64,000 nucleotides of DNA from the human T2T-CHM13v2.0 reference genome, Homo sapiens, in the NCBI RefSeq assembly GCF_009914755.1, contig NC_060934.1, one strand, 5' to 3'. The position numbers and the translations under genes were made by a program. Below, piece after piece: positions 1-12,840 of the stretch; positions within the stretch are counted from its first letter, which is position 1, and each line of letters starts with the position of its first letter. A model generated the notes under the pieces. The model ran no database searches. It saw only the letters and a list, made by a program, of their open reading frames with translations, and was not told where the DNA came from.

Positions 1-124
1 TGGTAGTGGCTATTATTACAGTATTATTGCATTTATTTTTCTAGTGGTATCAGTATGCTGCCGTATAGCCACCACTCTGAACAGGAAATATAAATTTGAT
101 GGCAAAATGTCACTAATTCTGATT

Positions 125-255
125 AATGGGAAATGTGACCCTATTTGGAAATAGGGTTATAGCAGATATAATTCATTGATATGAGGAGTGAGCCCCTAAT
201 CTGATTACTGGTGTCTCTATAAAAGGTGGCAATTTGAGTCTAGAAACACACACAA
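125..255 (+). mobile_element. MLT1A/B-like MaLR LTR fragment
   Basis: Motifs tatttggaaatagggt and cctaatctgattactggtgtc resemble the MLT1 consensus; old and degenerate. Confidence 0.5.
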
Positions 256-359
256 ATAATAATTTTCTTATGCAAAAATAAAAAATGATTAGAGTGGTTT
301 TATCTTTTATTGCTTTATTTTCTTCCTTCCAAAAGAAATTTGAAATTATTTAAATAAAA

Positions 360-560
360 ATATTAGCTGTTGGTTAATGGGCACTTATTTTGTGGTAGGA
401 GTACTGTACTAAAGAAATCCCACTGAGCATCTTTATAAACCATTCAACAATATAATGAGGTAGGTATGGTAGCAGCCTCCTTTATTTTATGTATGGAAAT
501 ATTGACAGTGGGAGGATTTTGTGGCTTGCAGAAGGCTTCACAGTTGGCCTAGAATATATT
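360..560 (-). mobile_element. MIR SINE fragment
   Basis: atgaggtaggta...attttat...ggaaatattga...cacagttgg resembles the MIR core in antisense. Confidence 0.55.
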
Positions 561-1119
561 AATAGACAAATCTAAGGTAGCCTGAAACTTTGTGCTTTAA
601 AAGAGCTATTGCCCCTATGTCCAAAGGCTGTGCAATGTTCTGAGAGTGTGTGGGTCGAGGGGAGGAGGCACTCATCCCTGTTCTCATGGCCACTCCCTTC
701 TCACTTGATCAGGGTGGTTGGATGTTGGGAAAGAAACCTTTGGGCCCCAGTTGGCTCTTAGTACAAAGATGACCGTGATTTTGCCTCAGATCTCAGCGCC
801 ACTCTAGAAGCACATTTGGGTGAAGCTTCTGGAGATTTGGATTTACCTGGATGCTTTTTGGTTCCAGATAAAAAGCATTTTCAGAGAAGTCAAGGAACTT
901 TGGCTGCAATAGCATCAATGTTCATGAATAAAACTCTGTGAAATAATTCTGAAAACAAGAAGGCTTAGGAGGCTATTTCAAAAGGAGGCAAATTAGAGGG
1001 TTCAGTCTGAGTCCTGCTGTTTTTTCTTAGTAAAACTTAATGTCTCCTATAAAAACATGGGCTCTCCATTACTCTTTTATTATCCAGTTCACATTTTAGC
1101 TACTCAATACAATCATATT

Positions 1120-1480
1120 CTCATTTGTTCATACAATGATTTACTCATTAATAGAATTTGAGTGCTGACTCAGTGCCAAGTCAGGAAGGATAGATACCCA
1201 GCCTAGAGTGGTTGTGAGAGAGATCATTCTGGAGGAAGTGATCTGAGGTAGTAGGTGGTTCCTAGCTAGTAAGTAGGAATTAGTCATGAGAAGAAGTAGG
1301 ATAGAGAATATTCCAGGCATAGCAAAAGGCAGGGAAAGGAGAATGCTAGAGGAAAGTGCTGAAAGATGATTCTGGGAGGTACAATGGAGGCAAATAGTCA
1401 CAAAAAAACTCGTATGGCAAATAAGGAGTTTGAATTTTACTTGGTTAAGTAATGATGAAATACTGAGAGTTTTAAAACAG
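1120..1480 (-). mobile_element. L2 LINE 3' fragment
   Basis: cattt/ttcat tail, tttgagtgctgact, ggagtttgaattttac...gagagttttaa typical of L2. Confidence 0.55.
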
Positions 1481-1482
1481 TT

Positions 1483-1887
1483 TGTTGTACTGACACCAGT
1501 GGGCTCTGGAAAGTTCCCAAACACCAGTGGGACCTTGATTCCAATGGGTGTCCAGGCTTTTGACATCATCTCAAGCAGGAATTCATGAGTGATTCAGAAA
1601 ATAGTGAAAGTATAGAGATTTCTTGCGAAATGAAAAGTACACACTCAAGAAAGGGGAGTGTTGGTATACTCAAGAGAGTTGCACACAAGGGGGTTTGGGG
1701 ATGTTACTTTTATGAGTTTCTTTAACAAAGAGGTGGAATAATCATGATTCCTGAAAAAAGGTGATTTCTTAGCACAATTAAAAGTTCTGTACTCATACCT
1801 CTATGGGCCGTATAAATTTTGAATACCTCACAGAGCTCAGAATGCTCTCAGCTAGACTAGGATTTCTTGGAAAAGTGGTGTCACCTA
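1483..1887 (-). mobile_element. ERV1-class LTR fragment, interrupted and truncated
   Basis: gggtgtccaggctttt...gaaaagtacacactcaagaaaggggagtg resembles ERV1 LTR 3' ends in antisense; subfamily not resolved. Confidence 0.45.
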
Positions 1888-2270
1888 ATTTTTCTTTTCT
1901 TTTCTTTTTCTTTCTTTCTTTTTTTTTTTTTTTTTTTTTGAGACAGAGTCTCGCTCTGTCGCGCAGGCTAGAGTGCAGAGACATGATCTCAGCTCACTGC
2001 AACCTCAGCCTCCCCGGTTCAAGCAATTCTTCCTGCCTCAGCCTCCTGAGTAGCTGGGATTACAGGTACCCGCCATCAAGCTGGGCTAATTTTTGTATTT
2101 TTTAGTGGAGACAGGGTTTCACCATGTTGGCCAGGCTGGTCTTGAACTCCTGACCTCTAGTGATCCACCCACCTCAGCCTCTATTAAAGTGCTGGGATTA
2201 CAGGCGTGACCAGCCTCTATGGGCCTGATAAATTTTGAATACCTCACAGACCTCAGAATGCTCTCAGCTA
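1798..2270 (+). repeat. 57-bp direct duplication (1798-1854 and 2214-2270)
   Basis: cctctatgggcc..ataaattttgaatacctcacaga.ctcagaatgctctcagcta present twice, 54/57 identical. Confidence 0.95.
1888..2209 (-). mobile_element. AluS, slightly 5'-truncated
   Basis: Poly(T) then gagacagagtctcgctctgtc...gctgggattacaggcgtga; lacks the terminal GGCCGGGCGCGGTGGC. Confidence 0.95.
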
Positions 2271-2442
2271 TTTTTCTTTCCTCATATGTTATAAGCAGGG
2301 CATCTTTACCTTTTAGGAATGTTGAAAGCTGTTAAACATAGTTTTCTGGGCTGCAATGCTTAATATAACTTGAATTTTCACTTACTATTAAATATGCAGA
2401 ATGAAAAAGTTACTTGCTAGATACTTTCTATAGTGTGGGTAG

Positions 2443-2788
<346 letters not shown>

Positions 2789-3699
2789 TTATGTACTTTC
2801 TGATACAATATAAAATGCAGCTTTTTTATGGGTAAATGGTTGTTCCAAAGTGCCAAGTATCTAAATAGCTCCATTATGGTAAGGGGTGGGAAAGCTCTTA
2901 GGTATCAGGTTAGCTTTGTTAGACGGAAAGAACTATGATTTTGACAGCTGCTCCAGCTGCAGAGTTTCGGGGATGCTGTTCTCGTTAAGGGAAACTAATG
3001 CTTTTAAACCATATCAGCAACAGCACCTAAGGAGAGCAATTCTGTATTTTACACAAGAATTTCCACAAAGTAGCTATTAATATCAGGAAATATATATTAT
3101 GTTTAATACTATCCTCAATTCTAAATAAAGAGAAATTGGACTATATCCTTGGAGAATAGAAATTTGTGCCTTATTTATAACAGGAGAAAGAACTGACTTC
3201 CTTTTCTTGAAATCTTCCAGCAGGTTTATTTGTTATTCAAAAGTATTCACAGAAAAATGATCTCTTAGCATAATAGGAGGAATATGGAAAATAAGGAATA
3301 GAGTATTTTTTTCTTCTACTGCTTTATAGCAGACACAGATAATTACAAAGTTTGGCATTGCTTTTGGACAAGTTGTGTCAACTGTTTGTGGTGATCTGTA
3401 GCACAGAATCGGGGCAATTCTTCAGGTTGACACTCGTGGGAGAACTTGAAATAAGAGAACAAGTCAACTTCCTTACCGATCTGAAGCATGACCATTCTGT
3501 CTCTCCATTCCTACTTCTCTCCGTTTGCTGATTCAGGCATTAGATAAAAGGAAACAGATCGCATTTCCCAAAGTGCAAGATGCTGAGTGAGAAAAACAAT
3601 TCCTCAGGTGTCAGGTTATTTGAGGAAAGCTGGCTGGACAAAGCCAAACAGGTTTATCTACTACAGAGTTTTTTAGAGCCTTTAGATGCTAATGTAACA

Positions 3700-3872
3700 G
3701 CCATCAAAATAAGAATGAAAATTCACTGAGTGCCTACCGTGCCTCAGGTACAGGGCTTAGCTTGTGTTGCCTTGTTTAACACTCATGAGGAACTCTGCCA
3801 GGGGCGTACTAATATTACGCTCATTGTCCACAGGAGGAAACGGAGGCCAGATAACTTGTGAAGCTTACAGAG
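3700..3872 (-). mobile_element. MIR, interrupted by an MST LTR
   Basis: cactgagtgcctac...gaggaaacggaggccaga; continues cacagctaag after 4255. Confidence 0.65.
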
Positions 3873-4255
3873 TGTATTAGGCCATTCTTTCATTGCCGTA
3901 AAGAAATACCTGAGACTGGGTAATTTATAAAGAAAAAAGATTTAATTGGCTCACAGTTCTGTATGCTTTACAGGAAGCATGTGATAGCATAATCTTGGCT
4001 TCTAGGGAGGCTTCAGGAAGCTTACAATTATGGCAAAAGCAGGTGCAAGAAGGACGAGGAGGTGCTAGGCCCTTTTTAAAGACCACATCACATGAGAACT
4101 CACTGTCAAGAGGACAGTACCAAGGGGGATGGTGCTAGGCTATTCGTGAGAAATCTGCCCCCATAATTCAAACAACTCCCACCAGGCCCCACCTCCAACA
4201 CTGGGAATTAAATTTCAACATGAGATTTTGGCAGAGCAACATTCAGACTATATCG
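3873..4255 (-). mobile_element. MSTA-like MaLR solo LTR
   Basis: tgtattaggccattct...aaagaaatacctgagactgggtaatttataaag...agactatatc; degenerate 5-bp TSD cagag/cacag. Confidence 0.85.
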
Positions 4256-4839
4256 CACAGCTAAGCAGTTGTTCTTTGAGGGCGGGATTCAGTATGCAGT
4301 ATTTCACACATTTATTAAAACACATTTTTTTCTTCCATCCATTTTTCCTTCATGATATCTATTGAAATTCATATTCTATGGGATATGGTTTAGGAAATGT
4401 TGTAGCAGAGGAAATATGAAAGAATGTTGGGAAGAATGCTGCAGAGTGGTTGCATTTTCTCAGACATAAGAGATGTGTGTTACGCTAGCCCAAGACCAGG
4501 GAATCTTTGCCCCCTCTTTGGGGTTGGACAAAATACTACAGGCCCGTGACTTAATATTTCAAAATCTATGGAACCTAGTCTTCCCTTCAAAATAAATTCT
4601 TCCCATTTCTGGTAGATAAATCTTTGTTGGGGTAGTACTTAAAATATTTTAATTAAGGAGACAGAATAAATTCTGGTACAAGCATAATCCCTATGTTCAG
4701 AATCCTTTTACTTTACGTAGCTTATGGCCTTAGCTACACTAGCTAAACCTCAGATCTGACTTTTATCAGACAGAAGAGAATTTTAACAGCTTGGCTCACT
4801 TCTCAGATCATTTTAAAATATGAGTCTTTGTCAGCTACC

Positions 4840-5130
4840 TGAACAGGCAGTACATAAATTATGAAAAAGAAATGTTCAATAAACATAAAATGTCCAACTT
4901 CTCTCCTAATCAAAAAAGAAAAATAAGAATGATGAATTTTTTTATTAATCAGATTGTCAACATTTATGAAGTTTGATAATGTCATTGTTGGAAAGGTCTT
5001 ACATGCATTTCTGGTGGGAAAGTAAATTATTACATTTTTACAGGACGATTTGGGAATATCTCCCAGGCTAAGGGGAAAAACGTTCATATCTTTGGACCTA
5101 GAGATGCCTGCTGTATATATTGTCAGTAAG
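4840..5130 (+). mobile_element. Old L1M fragment
   Basis: atgaaaaagaaatgttcaat...ctggtgggaaagtaaatt resembles L1 ORF2 end/3' region. Confidence 0.5.
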
Positions 5131-5149
5131 TTCTCCTTTGTTCTTTCCA

Positions 5150-5572
5150 CAACTCATCCTTTAAAATGGTGGATTACGTGTAATATCCAGGTTTTATCTG
5201 TCCTTGTAATAGGATTGTACATCCTCACTCATTGACATGTGTTTTCCAGTGCCTCTCACAGAGGGAGCATAAACTTCTCACTCCATTGACATCACTCCTG
5301 TCTACATGATTTGCTTTGGCCATGGAAAGTGAGTGGATATGATATATGCCATAACTGAGCAGAAGTTTGAAAGCCTAGATTGGTTTTGCCATTTTTTTTT
5401 CCTCTGCCACAAGATAGAAAAAGAAGTTGCCTCTTCAGCCTCAACCCTAGAATATAAATGACATAGATTCAACCTGAAGTCAAATATCAGCTGACATATA
5501 TGTAAGCAAGAAATATTGTCATTGTAAGCCTGAAATATTGCTGTTGTTTTTTTTAACCAGAGCAAAACCTGG
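5150..5572 (+). mobile_element. MLT1 (I/J-like) LTR
   Basis: atgatttgctttggcc, gagcagaagtttgaaagcc, gtaagcctgaaatatt...gcaaaacctg. Confidence 0.55.
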
Positions 5573-5779
5573 TATCAGCTAATGGAAAACCAATATTCAC
5601 TATCTCTATACTCAGAATAAACTCTAGTTAACTTGGCTGTCCTCCTTTCCAAACTGTACAAATGTTTGAAATTTCTAATATATTTGAAAGTATGTATTTT
5701 CTTATGTTGTTTGCCAACTGTATTACATGGTCCTCTCTCAAGATGTATGTTAAACAGCTTCATGCCATATCATATACAT

Positions 5780-6630
5780 TTTTAAAAATTGGAGTAAAAC
5801 TTACATGAAAAATTAACCAATTTACCCTGTACAATTCAGTGGTATTTAGTACATTAACCATATTGTGAAACTACTACCTCTGTCTAGCTCCAAAGAATTC
5901 TCATCAATTCTAGTCCCAGTTTCCATTGGGAATTCTCATCATTCCCAATGGAAACCTCATATCCGTTAGGTAATAATGCCCTATCCCCCTTACCCCCTTT
6001 CACCTAGAAACCACTAATCTGCTTTCTGTCTCTATGGTTTTATCTTCTTTAGATGTCATATAAATACAATTGTACAATATTTGATTTGTTTGTGGCCTCT
6101 TTCAGGTAGCACGTTTTTGAGATACATCTACATTGTAGCATGCATCAGAACTTTCTTTTTATTGCTGAATAATACTCCATTTTATAGATACACCTTATTT
6201 TGTTTATTTGGGTTGTTTTCACCTTTTACCTCCTGTGAATAGTGCTGCTATGAACATTTGTGTACAAATGTGTGAGAACCTGTTTTCTATTCTATTGATT
6301 ATAAACTGGGAATATAATTGCTGAGTCATGTGGCAATTCTGTGGCTTTTTGAGAAACCATGTAACTGTCTTCCACAATGGTTGTACCACTTTACATTTCT
6401 ACCAACAGTGTATGAAGGTTCCAGTTTCCCCGCATCCTTGCCAATACTCACTGTTCACCTTTTATTTTTTAATTCTAGGCTTTCCAGTGGGTGTGATATA
6501 GCATCTCATTGTGGTTTTGGTTTGCACTTTTCTAACAATTAACAAGGTTAAACATCTTTTTATGTGCTTGTGTGCCATTTTTATGTCTAGGAAAATATCT
6601 ATTCCAGTTCTTTGCCCATATCTAATTAGT
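5780..6630 (-). mobile_element. L1MB-like 3' end
   Basis: tgtacaattcagtggtatttagtacatt, accactaatctgctttctgtctctatg, gctgctatgaacatttgtgtacaa. Confidence 0.85.
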
Positions 6631-6765
6631 TTATTATTATTTTTATAGAGACAGGAGGGTCTTGCTATGCTGCCCAGCCTGGTCTCAAACCCGTGAGCTC
6701 AAGGAATCCACCCACCTGGCCTCCCAAAGTGCTGGGATTACAGGCATGAGCCACCACGTCTGGCC
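6631..6765 (-). mobile_element. Alu monomer (FLAM/AluJ left arm)
   Basis: agagacag...ctcccaaagtgctgggattacaggcatgagccacc...tggcc. Confidence 0.85.
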
Positions 6766-7424
6766 TCTTTGCCCATTTCTTAACAGAACTCTTTTTTGCC
6801 CCAACTCTAATCTGTTTACAAAGTTAGCAGTGGCTTGTTTATTCGCCTTTCAATGTTATTGAGAAATGCCCTCAGCACAGCCAGTTTTCTACCTTGAGAA
6901 AGTTCTGAAATAGGCAAAACAAAAGAGAGTGTTTTACCTTAGTCCCTCAGGGAGCTCCCTGACAGGTCAAAACAGAAAAACATAATTACATTAGACAAAG
7001 TTCTGCTCTGCTCCTGCTGGAGTCTTGAACCCACAATGAGAATGTAAGCTTTTGTTTTAAGACCACCACAAATCCATGGAGGGTGCTGGAACTTGGCCAA
7101 AGAAAATGTAGCCAAGTTCTGCCACGATTAAGTCACTTTTCCCTTGATTCAGCATTAGCTTGGTTACTGTACACTTTGGGCTATTTTTCATAGTTCCAAC
7201 ACAGTTCTTTCTGAGAGTTTGGCTTTTTTTTTCTAATATCCCATGATACATATATATACTTTTAAGTAATTGTCTCCACTGCTGGAGGATAACAACATAG
7301 GGTTGTTATCCAAATATCCTTAATGTATTTAAAACCATTTCTGAAGATACATAATGTTTGAAAGCCGTTGATTCCTGCTTGACTGGTGAAAATGACAATG
7401 AAATAGTTTATTTCTTCTTAATGA

Positions 7425-7711
<287 letters not shown>

Positions 7712-8005
7712 TTAGAAGGAAGTAGCAGGTACCAAAAAAAAAACATTATTTGCTGGTTGGTAAAGTTCATTAATTGACTTGCTCTACATTGTTTTATGTT
7801 TCCAAACCAGAGAGTCCTCCAATAAACCTGTTTAAGAAAAATACCAAAAAACTCCAGTAACACACAACAACAAAAAGCAAAACTTAACTCATACTTGCTT
7901 CTTGGAAAGAACCCCCTTTAAGACTAGATCAATGCCACAGTCAAACTCATATAAGCAAGGAATATAATTGTGGTTGTCAGGGGCTGGGAGGTGGAAATGG
8001 AAATA

Positions 8006-8335
8006 GGCCAGGTAAGGTTGTTCACAGGGAGGCAGAGGTGGGAGGACTTCTTGAGCCCAAGAGTTCAAGACCATCCTGGGCACCATAATGAGACCTTGCC
8101 TCTACAAAAAACAGCAACAACAACAACAACAACAACAACAAAATTAAAATTAGCTATGCATGGTGGTGCATGCTTGTAGTCCCAGCTATTCAGGAGGCTA
8201 ATGTGAAAGGATCACTTGAGCCCAGGAAGTTGAGGCTAGGGTGAGCCATGAGCCATGATTACACCACTGTGCTCCAGCCTGGGTGACAGAGTGAGACTCT
8301 GTCTCAAAAACAAACAAACAAACAAACAAACAAAA
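8006..8335 (+). mobile_element. AluJ inserted into an L1M 3' fragment
   Basis: Diverged Alu with (CAA)n middle and (CAAA)n tail; gaaata on both flanks. Confidence 0.85.
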
Positions 8336-10399
8336 CCACGAAATAGAGATGAAAAGAAAACCAATGACATGATTAGATTTGCTTAATTTTTACAAGGAAT
8401 GTTTGTGTAAGGTAAAGTAAGAAGGAATAAACATAATAACCAAAGTTTCTTCTGAAAATGAGTCATATTTATTTGGAGGCACTAATTACTGGATTGGACT
8501 GGGTTTATAGGTTTGAAGATTTCTTAATAGGAAACATATTTTGAAATACATATATATATATAAAAAGTCACATGATCCTTTTCCTTTTATGGTATACCCT
8601 ATGCTTTTTAATAAGGCAAAGTTAAATTAATGATTTTTTATTTTAAAAATAGGAGACAATTCTGTTATATTGTGTGATTAGATATGACCATTAAAGTTGA
8701 CTCTGCAAACTTTGTTCTATAATAGTAAATGGACATTTTTGGGGGCTTAGTATAAGGGTAGTGGTTGTCTGGGACAAATATTTCACACATGGGTAGCTTA
8801 TAGGCTACAGCTATTTTTAATCTGCCTAAACATCTGTAATATACTCAAGTGTATGCCATCTGTTTTTTTTGTTGTTGTTGTTCTATAGTCTCATAATATT
8901 TATTAGAATAAATTGTATTGAATAATTGCACAGTTAACCTTGTTATATTTTTGGATGTACTTGCCTTTCTGAAGCCAACAGCCAATGTAATGGATTAATA
9001 GGAGGCATTAGCCAAGGTTAAAGAGTTATTACTATATGTAGCACACTGGCCATTTAAAAGCCTGGCAAAGGGCCTCTAGAGGAAACATGAATTGTGTGAT
9101 GTTATCTTCCTAGTCTACATTCCACTATGGATATCAATCTAGAAAATCCCATAATTTTCTTCAGGTTCAATTTTTTTTTTTCAGCAAATCACTACAATTT
9201 CATCAGTAAAATTTGTTGAGTTTTTTGGGAGCAAAAGCCTACCAAAAGTGAAAGAATCATATAATCGTAGAGTTGTAAGGAACCTTAAGATCCCTTGGCA
9301 AATCACACCATTTTTGGGGGGAAGAGTGTGAGGAGAATGGTGAAGAAATTGAGTCTGGGAGAGGTTCTCTTTATGATGATAGATTTGTAGTAAAAGTAGT
9401 AATATTAAAAATCAATTTTAAAAGTAGGAATTTAGAAAAAAAGTCATGAGTACCTCAATAATGTATTTTCATGGAAGAAGCCAGTGATTTTGGAGGTAAC
9501 ACTGTGACTTGAGGGGATGGATTTTAAAGAGTTATTTGAAAGAAAGAGCCACTGATAGAAGGAGAGGAAAACAGCACCATGTTAGGAAGGTAAACAAGAA
9601 AAACTACAAATATGGAGCCAAAAAAAAAAAAAGAATACTCAAAGCATGCTGATGAATGCAGTTACATCTTTTTGGAGAGAACTTTCATTTGTATATTCTA
9701 GGGCTTGTCCCTTAGCACAGAACTGTTCGAATGTTTGTGTAGATGATTGATATAACAATACAGACGGTATGCAGAAGACCCAAAGTTGAATGGAAAAGCT
9801 GGCTAATATGCTTTTTGTTAGAGTTGAGAATTAGAAATATGGAAACCTTGAGCCCCTGAATACAATAGTGAATAGCTTTGAATGCTGTTTAAAAATATAA
9901 TAAAAAGTAAAGCTACCATAAATCGTTTGACTGAAAAAGAGCAAAATTTGTCAGCAGTGCAAGGAGTATACACTTTGCTTGATCAATAAGCTCAGTGTAA
10001 GGCAACAATATATCAAAAGATTGAATACGCATTTTTATTATTTTATAATAGTCTTAAAAATATATCCAGAATAGGTGATAGAATAATGCTATTCAAATCT
10101 TAACCAGAATGTTGTGTCTACTGGGTATCATATTGAAAGAAAATCAAGAGACCTGAGTAATGGCCCCTGAACTCCTTTAAGAAACTATTGAAAGCTCGAT
10201 CTTTTTTTTTTCCTGAAATAAATATGGTTACCATATCCTGCCAATGAATTCAAAGAGTTCACATATCAATGCTGAAAATCTTTAAAGTAGAACAGCAAGT
10301 AGAAGTAAGCCAGGAGAAGAGAAATTAAAACCATACCATTTGAAGAATATGTGAATTAGGAGTGTTTAGACTGGAGAATAAAAAGTCTGATGGGACCTG

Positions 10400-10760
10400 A
10401 GTTGTAATGTGATAGGCCTTACAGTATTTATCAATATGAAGTTGGCCTCTTTTCCTGGCACATTTCCATGAGATTACCTCTGACCAGTGGCATGAGGAGA
10501 AGGATGTGCATTATTCCTGGGCTATGACATCTATTTGCTGCTGTGAGATATACCAGCGATCATTCCCCCTGCAATGTATATCAAGCAGGCAGCATATTCA
10601 TGATAATGCAGTTAAAGATGGGAAGTTTTCCATCACTTTAGGTTTCTCAGTAACTATGCTAACTCATGATATATATGTACAGTGAAATATCTTCACTGAA
10701 TTAAGCAACTGGGATTAGGGGACTGCAGCATCATTTATCATATTTAGATAACTTTTCACT
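10400..10760 (+). mobile_element. Old MLT1-type LTR
   Basis: tctgaccagtggcatgag, ttaagcaactgggattagggg-like MLT1 motifs; highly degenerate. Confidence 0.4.
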
Positions 10761-12679
10761 TTCTAGGAAAGACAATATTTTTATTATTTTGATTGTAATG
10801 AAATTTCAAGACAGTAAGAATAGAGATTGGGCAAAATATTTTATTGTTTACTTTTTAAAATCAAATATTATGGCTAGCAAAAAATAGCTATCACCCAATC
10901 TTGTCATGCCTACTGCATGAAGGTGACATTCTCCAACTGTCTAACCTTTCTTGGGTCCCAGAGATGCCATAGCTCAAGGTATAGACAGATGACTTACTTT
11001 GGGATCACTAATTACAGCTAGTCCTTTGACAGTATTAGTCAGCCAATCACTCCTGGAGGGGTGGGAGTGGAAGGCACTGAAGCCTTGAATTACTTCTCTC
11101 TGGGTAGAAATTGTGCCCATGTGGCCATATTTAAGCCCAACTCCAATTCATCACTGGGGATGCTGAAATCTAAAAATAAAGCACACATGATCTCTAAACA
11201 AAGAGGTTTGAAGCATGAATTTTTCAAACATTCTGCCTACCTCTCCCTAGTTGTATATATCTGATTTATGCTCTGGAAAGGGGTGCATACTTTTTTATGT
11301 GTCTTTTTTTAAACCCAAACATAATAATCTTGGTCTAATTTCCATTAAAACTAACTCTATTCCTTGTTATCAGGTGAGTCATAAAGAAGATATTCCCAAG
11401 GATTCCCCATCATAATAAGAAAAGAGTTGCTAATAATTAGGGCTGATGAACAATTAGATCCACCAGGTTTCTCCTGGTTCAAATATTCAAATAGTGACTG
11501 TATAGAAGGCACCTGGCACCAGGTAAGGGCTTGGACTCGATGACCTCTAAACTACAATCAAAAGCTGAGAGTCTGTGGTTGTATTTGCCTAAATATCTCC
11601 CGTCTCTTCTATTTTCATAGGCACTTTTTATCACAAGCTATTGACAGCACAGATTTTTATCTAATGCATATAAATGAATGTTTATGAGAAATTCCAGAAT
11701 GTTTTATAAGACACTACTTTTTAATAATACAAGGCTGTAAGGGTAAAAGTCTAAATTTTCAACAAAATAACCAAATTTGCATATAACCGGTCTATGCAAA
11801 GGCAAAGTGGAATTGAAAAATTCAAGAAAATGCCAGGTAGCCTTTTTTAAGTGGTGGGAGTCAGTACCAGTTCAAGAGCCAGCATCTTTTAACATTTTTA
11901 TATCCAGGATACTAGACCATGTCTCTTGACATTCAAAAGAATAATTCTTCATGACTTAATCTTAGCAACAAGAAGTGATTTCACAGCATCCCCTCCATTT
12001 TGACCCCCGGTCAGTATCCTCTGACCATTTTATGGCTTGTTTTATTTGTCTTTTAAAATAAATATGAATCAACATACCCAAGAAAATGAATCTTGCACTA
12101 CTGAATGGCATTCCTGAGGAAGTGAATTTAGCATTACTGAATGTTGGCTATCACCATTGTTATGACTTTTAGGGGATTTTTTGTTGTTGTTGTTTCAGGT
12201 TTAGATAGGAGCATGCATTATTGATTTATGAAACAATTTGTAGCTGTTTGCTGTTATGTCAAACACCTTGTGCCACACAGTATTGAATTCCTTTGTCTGC
12301 TACTTGTAAGCAGTGTGCTCATGTTTTAAAAAATGAAAAAAGAAAAGAAAAAAATACAAACAAAACCCTTAGCAAAATTGGTTTATTTGACTCTAAATTT
12401 TATGTTGTTTATATCTGGAAGTGATTCCAAGGGAATCAGAATATCACTTGCTGATTGAGATAGCACAATTCCTGAGAAGTAATTAGAACATATTCTATTA
12501 GTAGATGTATAAGCTACTGTAAATGAAAGATAAGGAGACAATGTTTTCAAGAAAGAAATGGCAATGATCATATAATGGTTGTAAGCACAGATTGTTCTCC
12601 AAAGACAGTTAATTTTCTCAAAGTGTACTCTTGAATATTTTTTCTTTTTTCTTCTTATAATTCTTACAGATTCAATATC

Positions 12680-12840
12680 TTAACTTATCTCAGCCTAAGT
12701 TTCCTCCTCAGTACAACAGAGATAATTGTATCTAAATTGTACTGTTTTTGTACATATTAAATGACAAAGTAATACATGCAAAACATATAACAGGTTGTTT
12801 AGTATATAGTAAGTGTTTGTTACTATTTTTATTGTTACTG
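12680..12840 (+). mobile_element. MIR
   Basis: cttaacttatctcagcctaagtttcctc...gattaaatga-like core, tagtaagtg tail. Confidence 0.6.
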
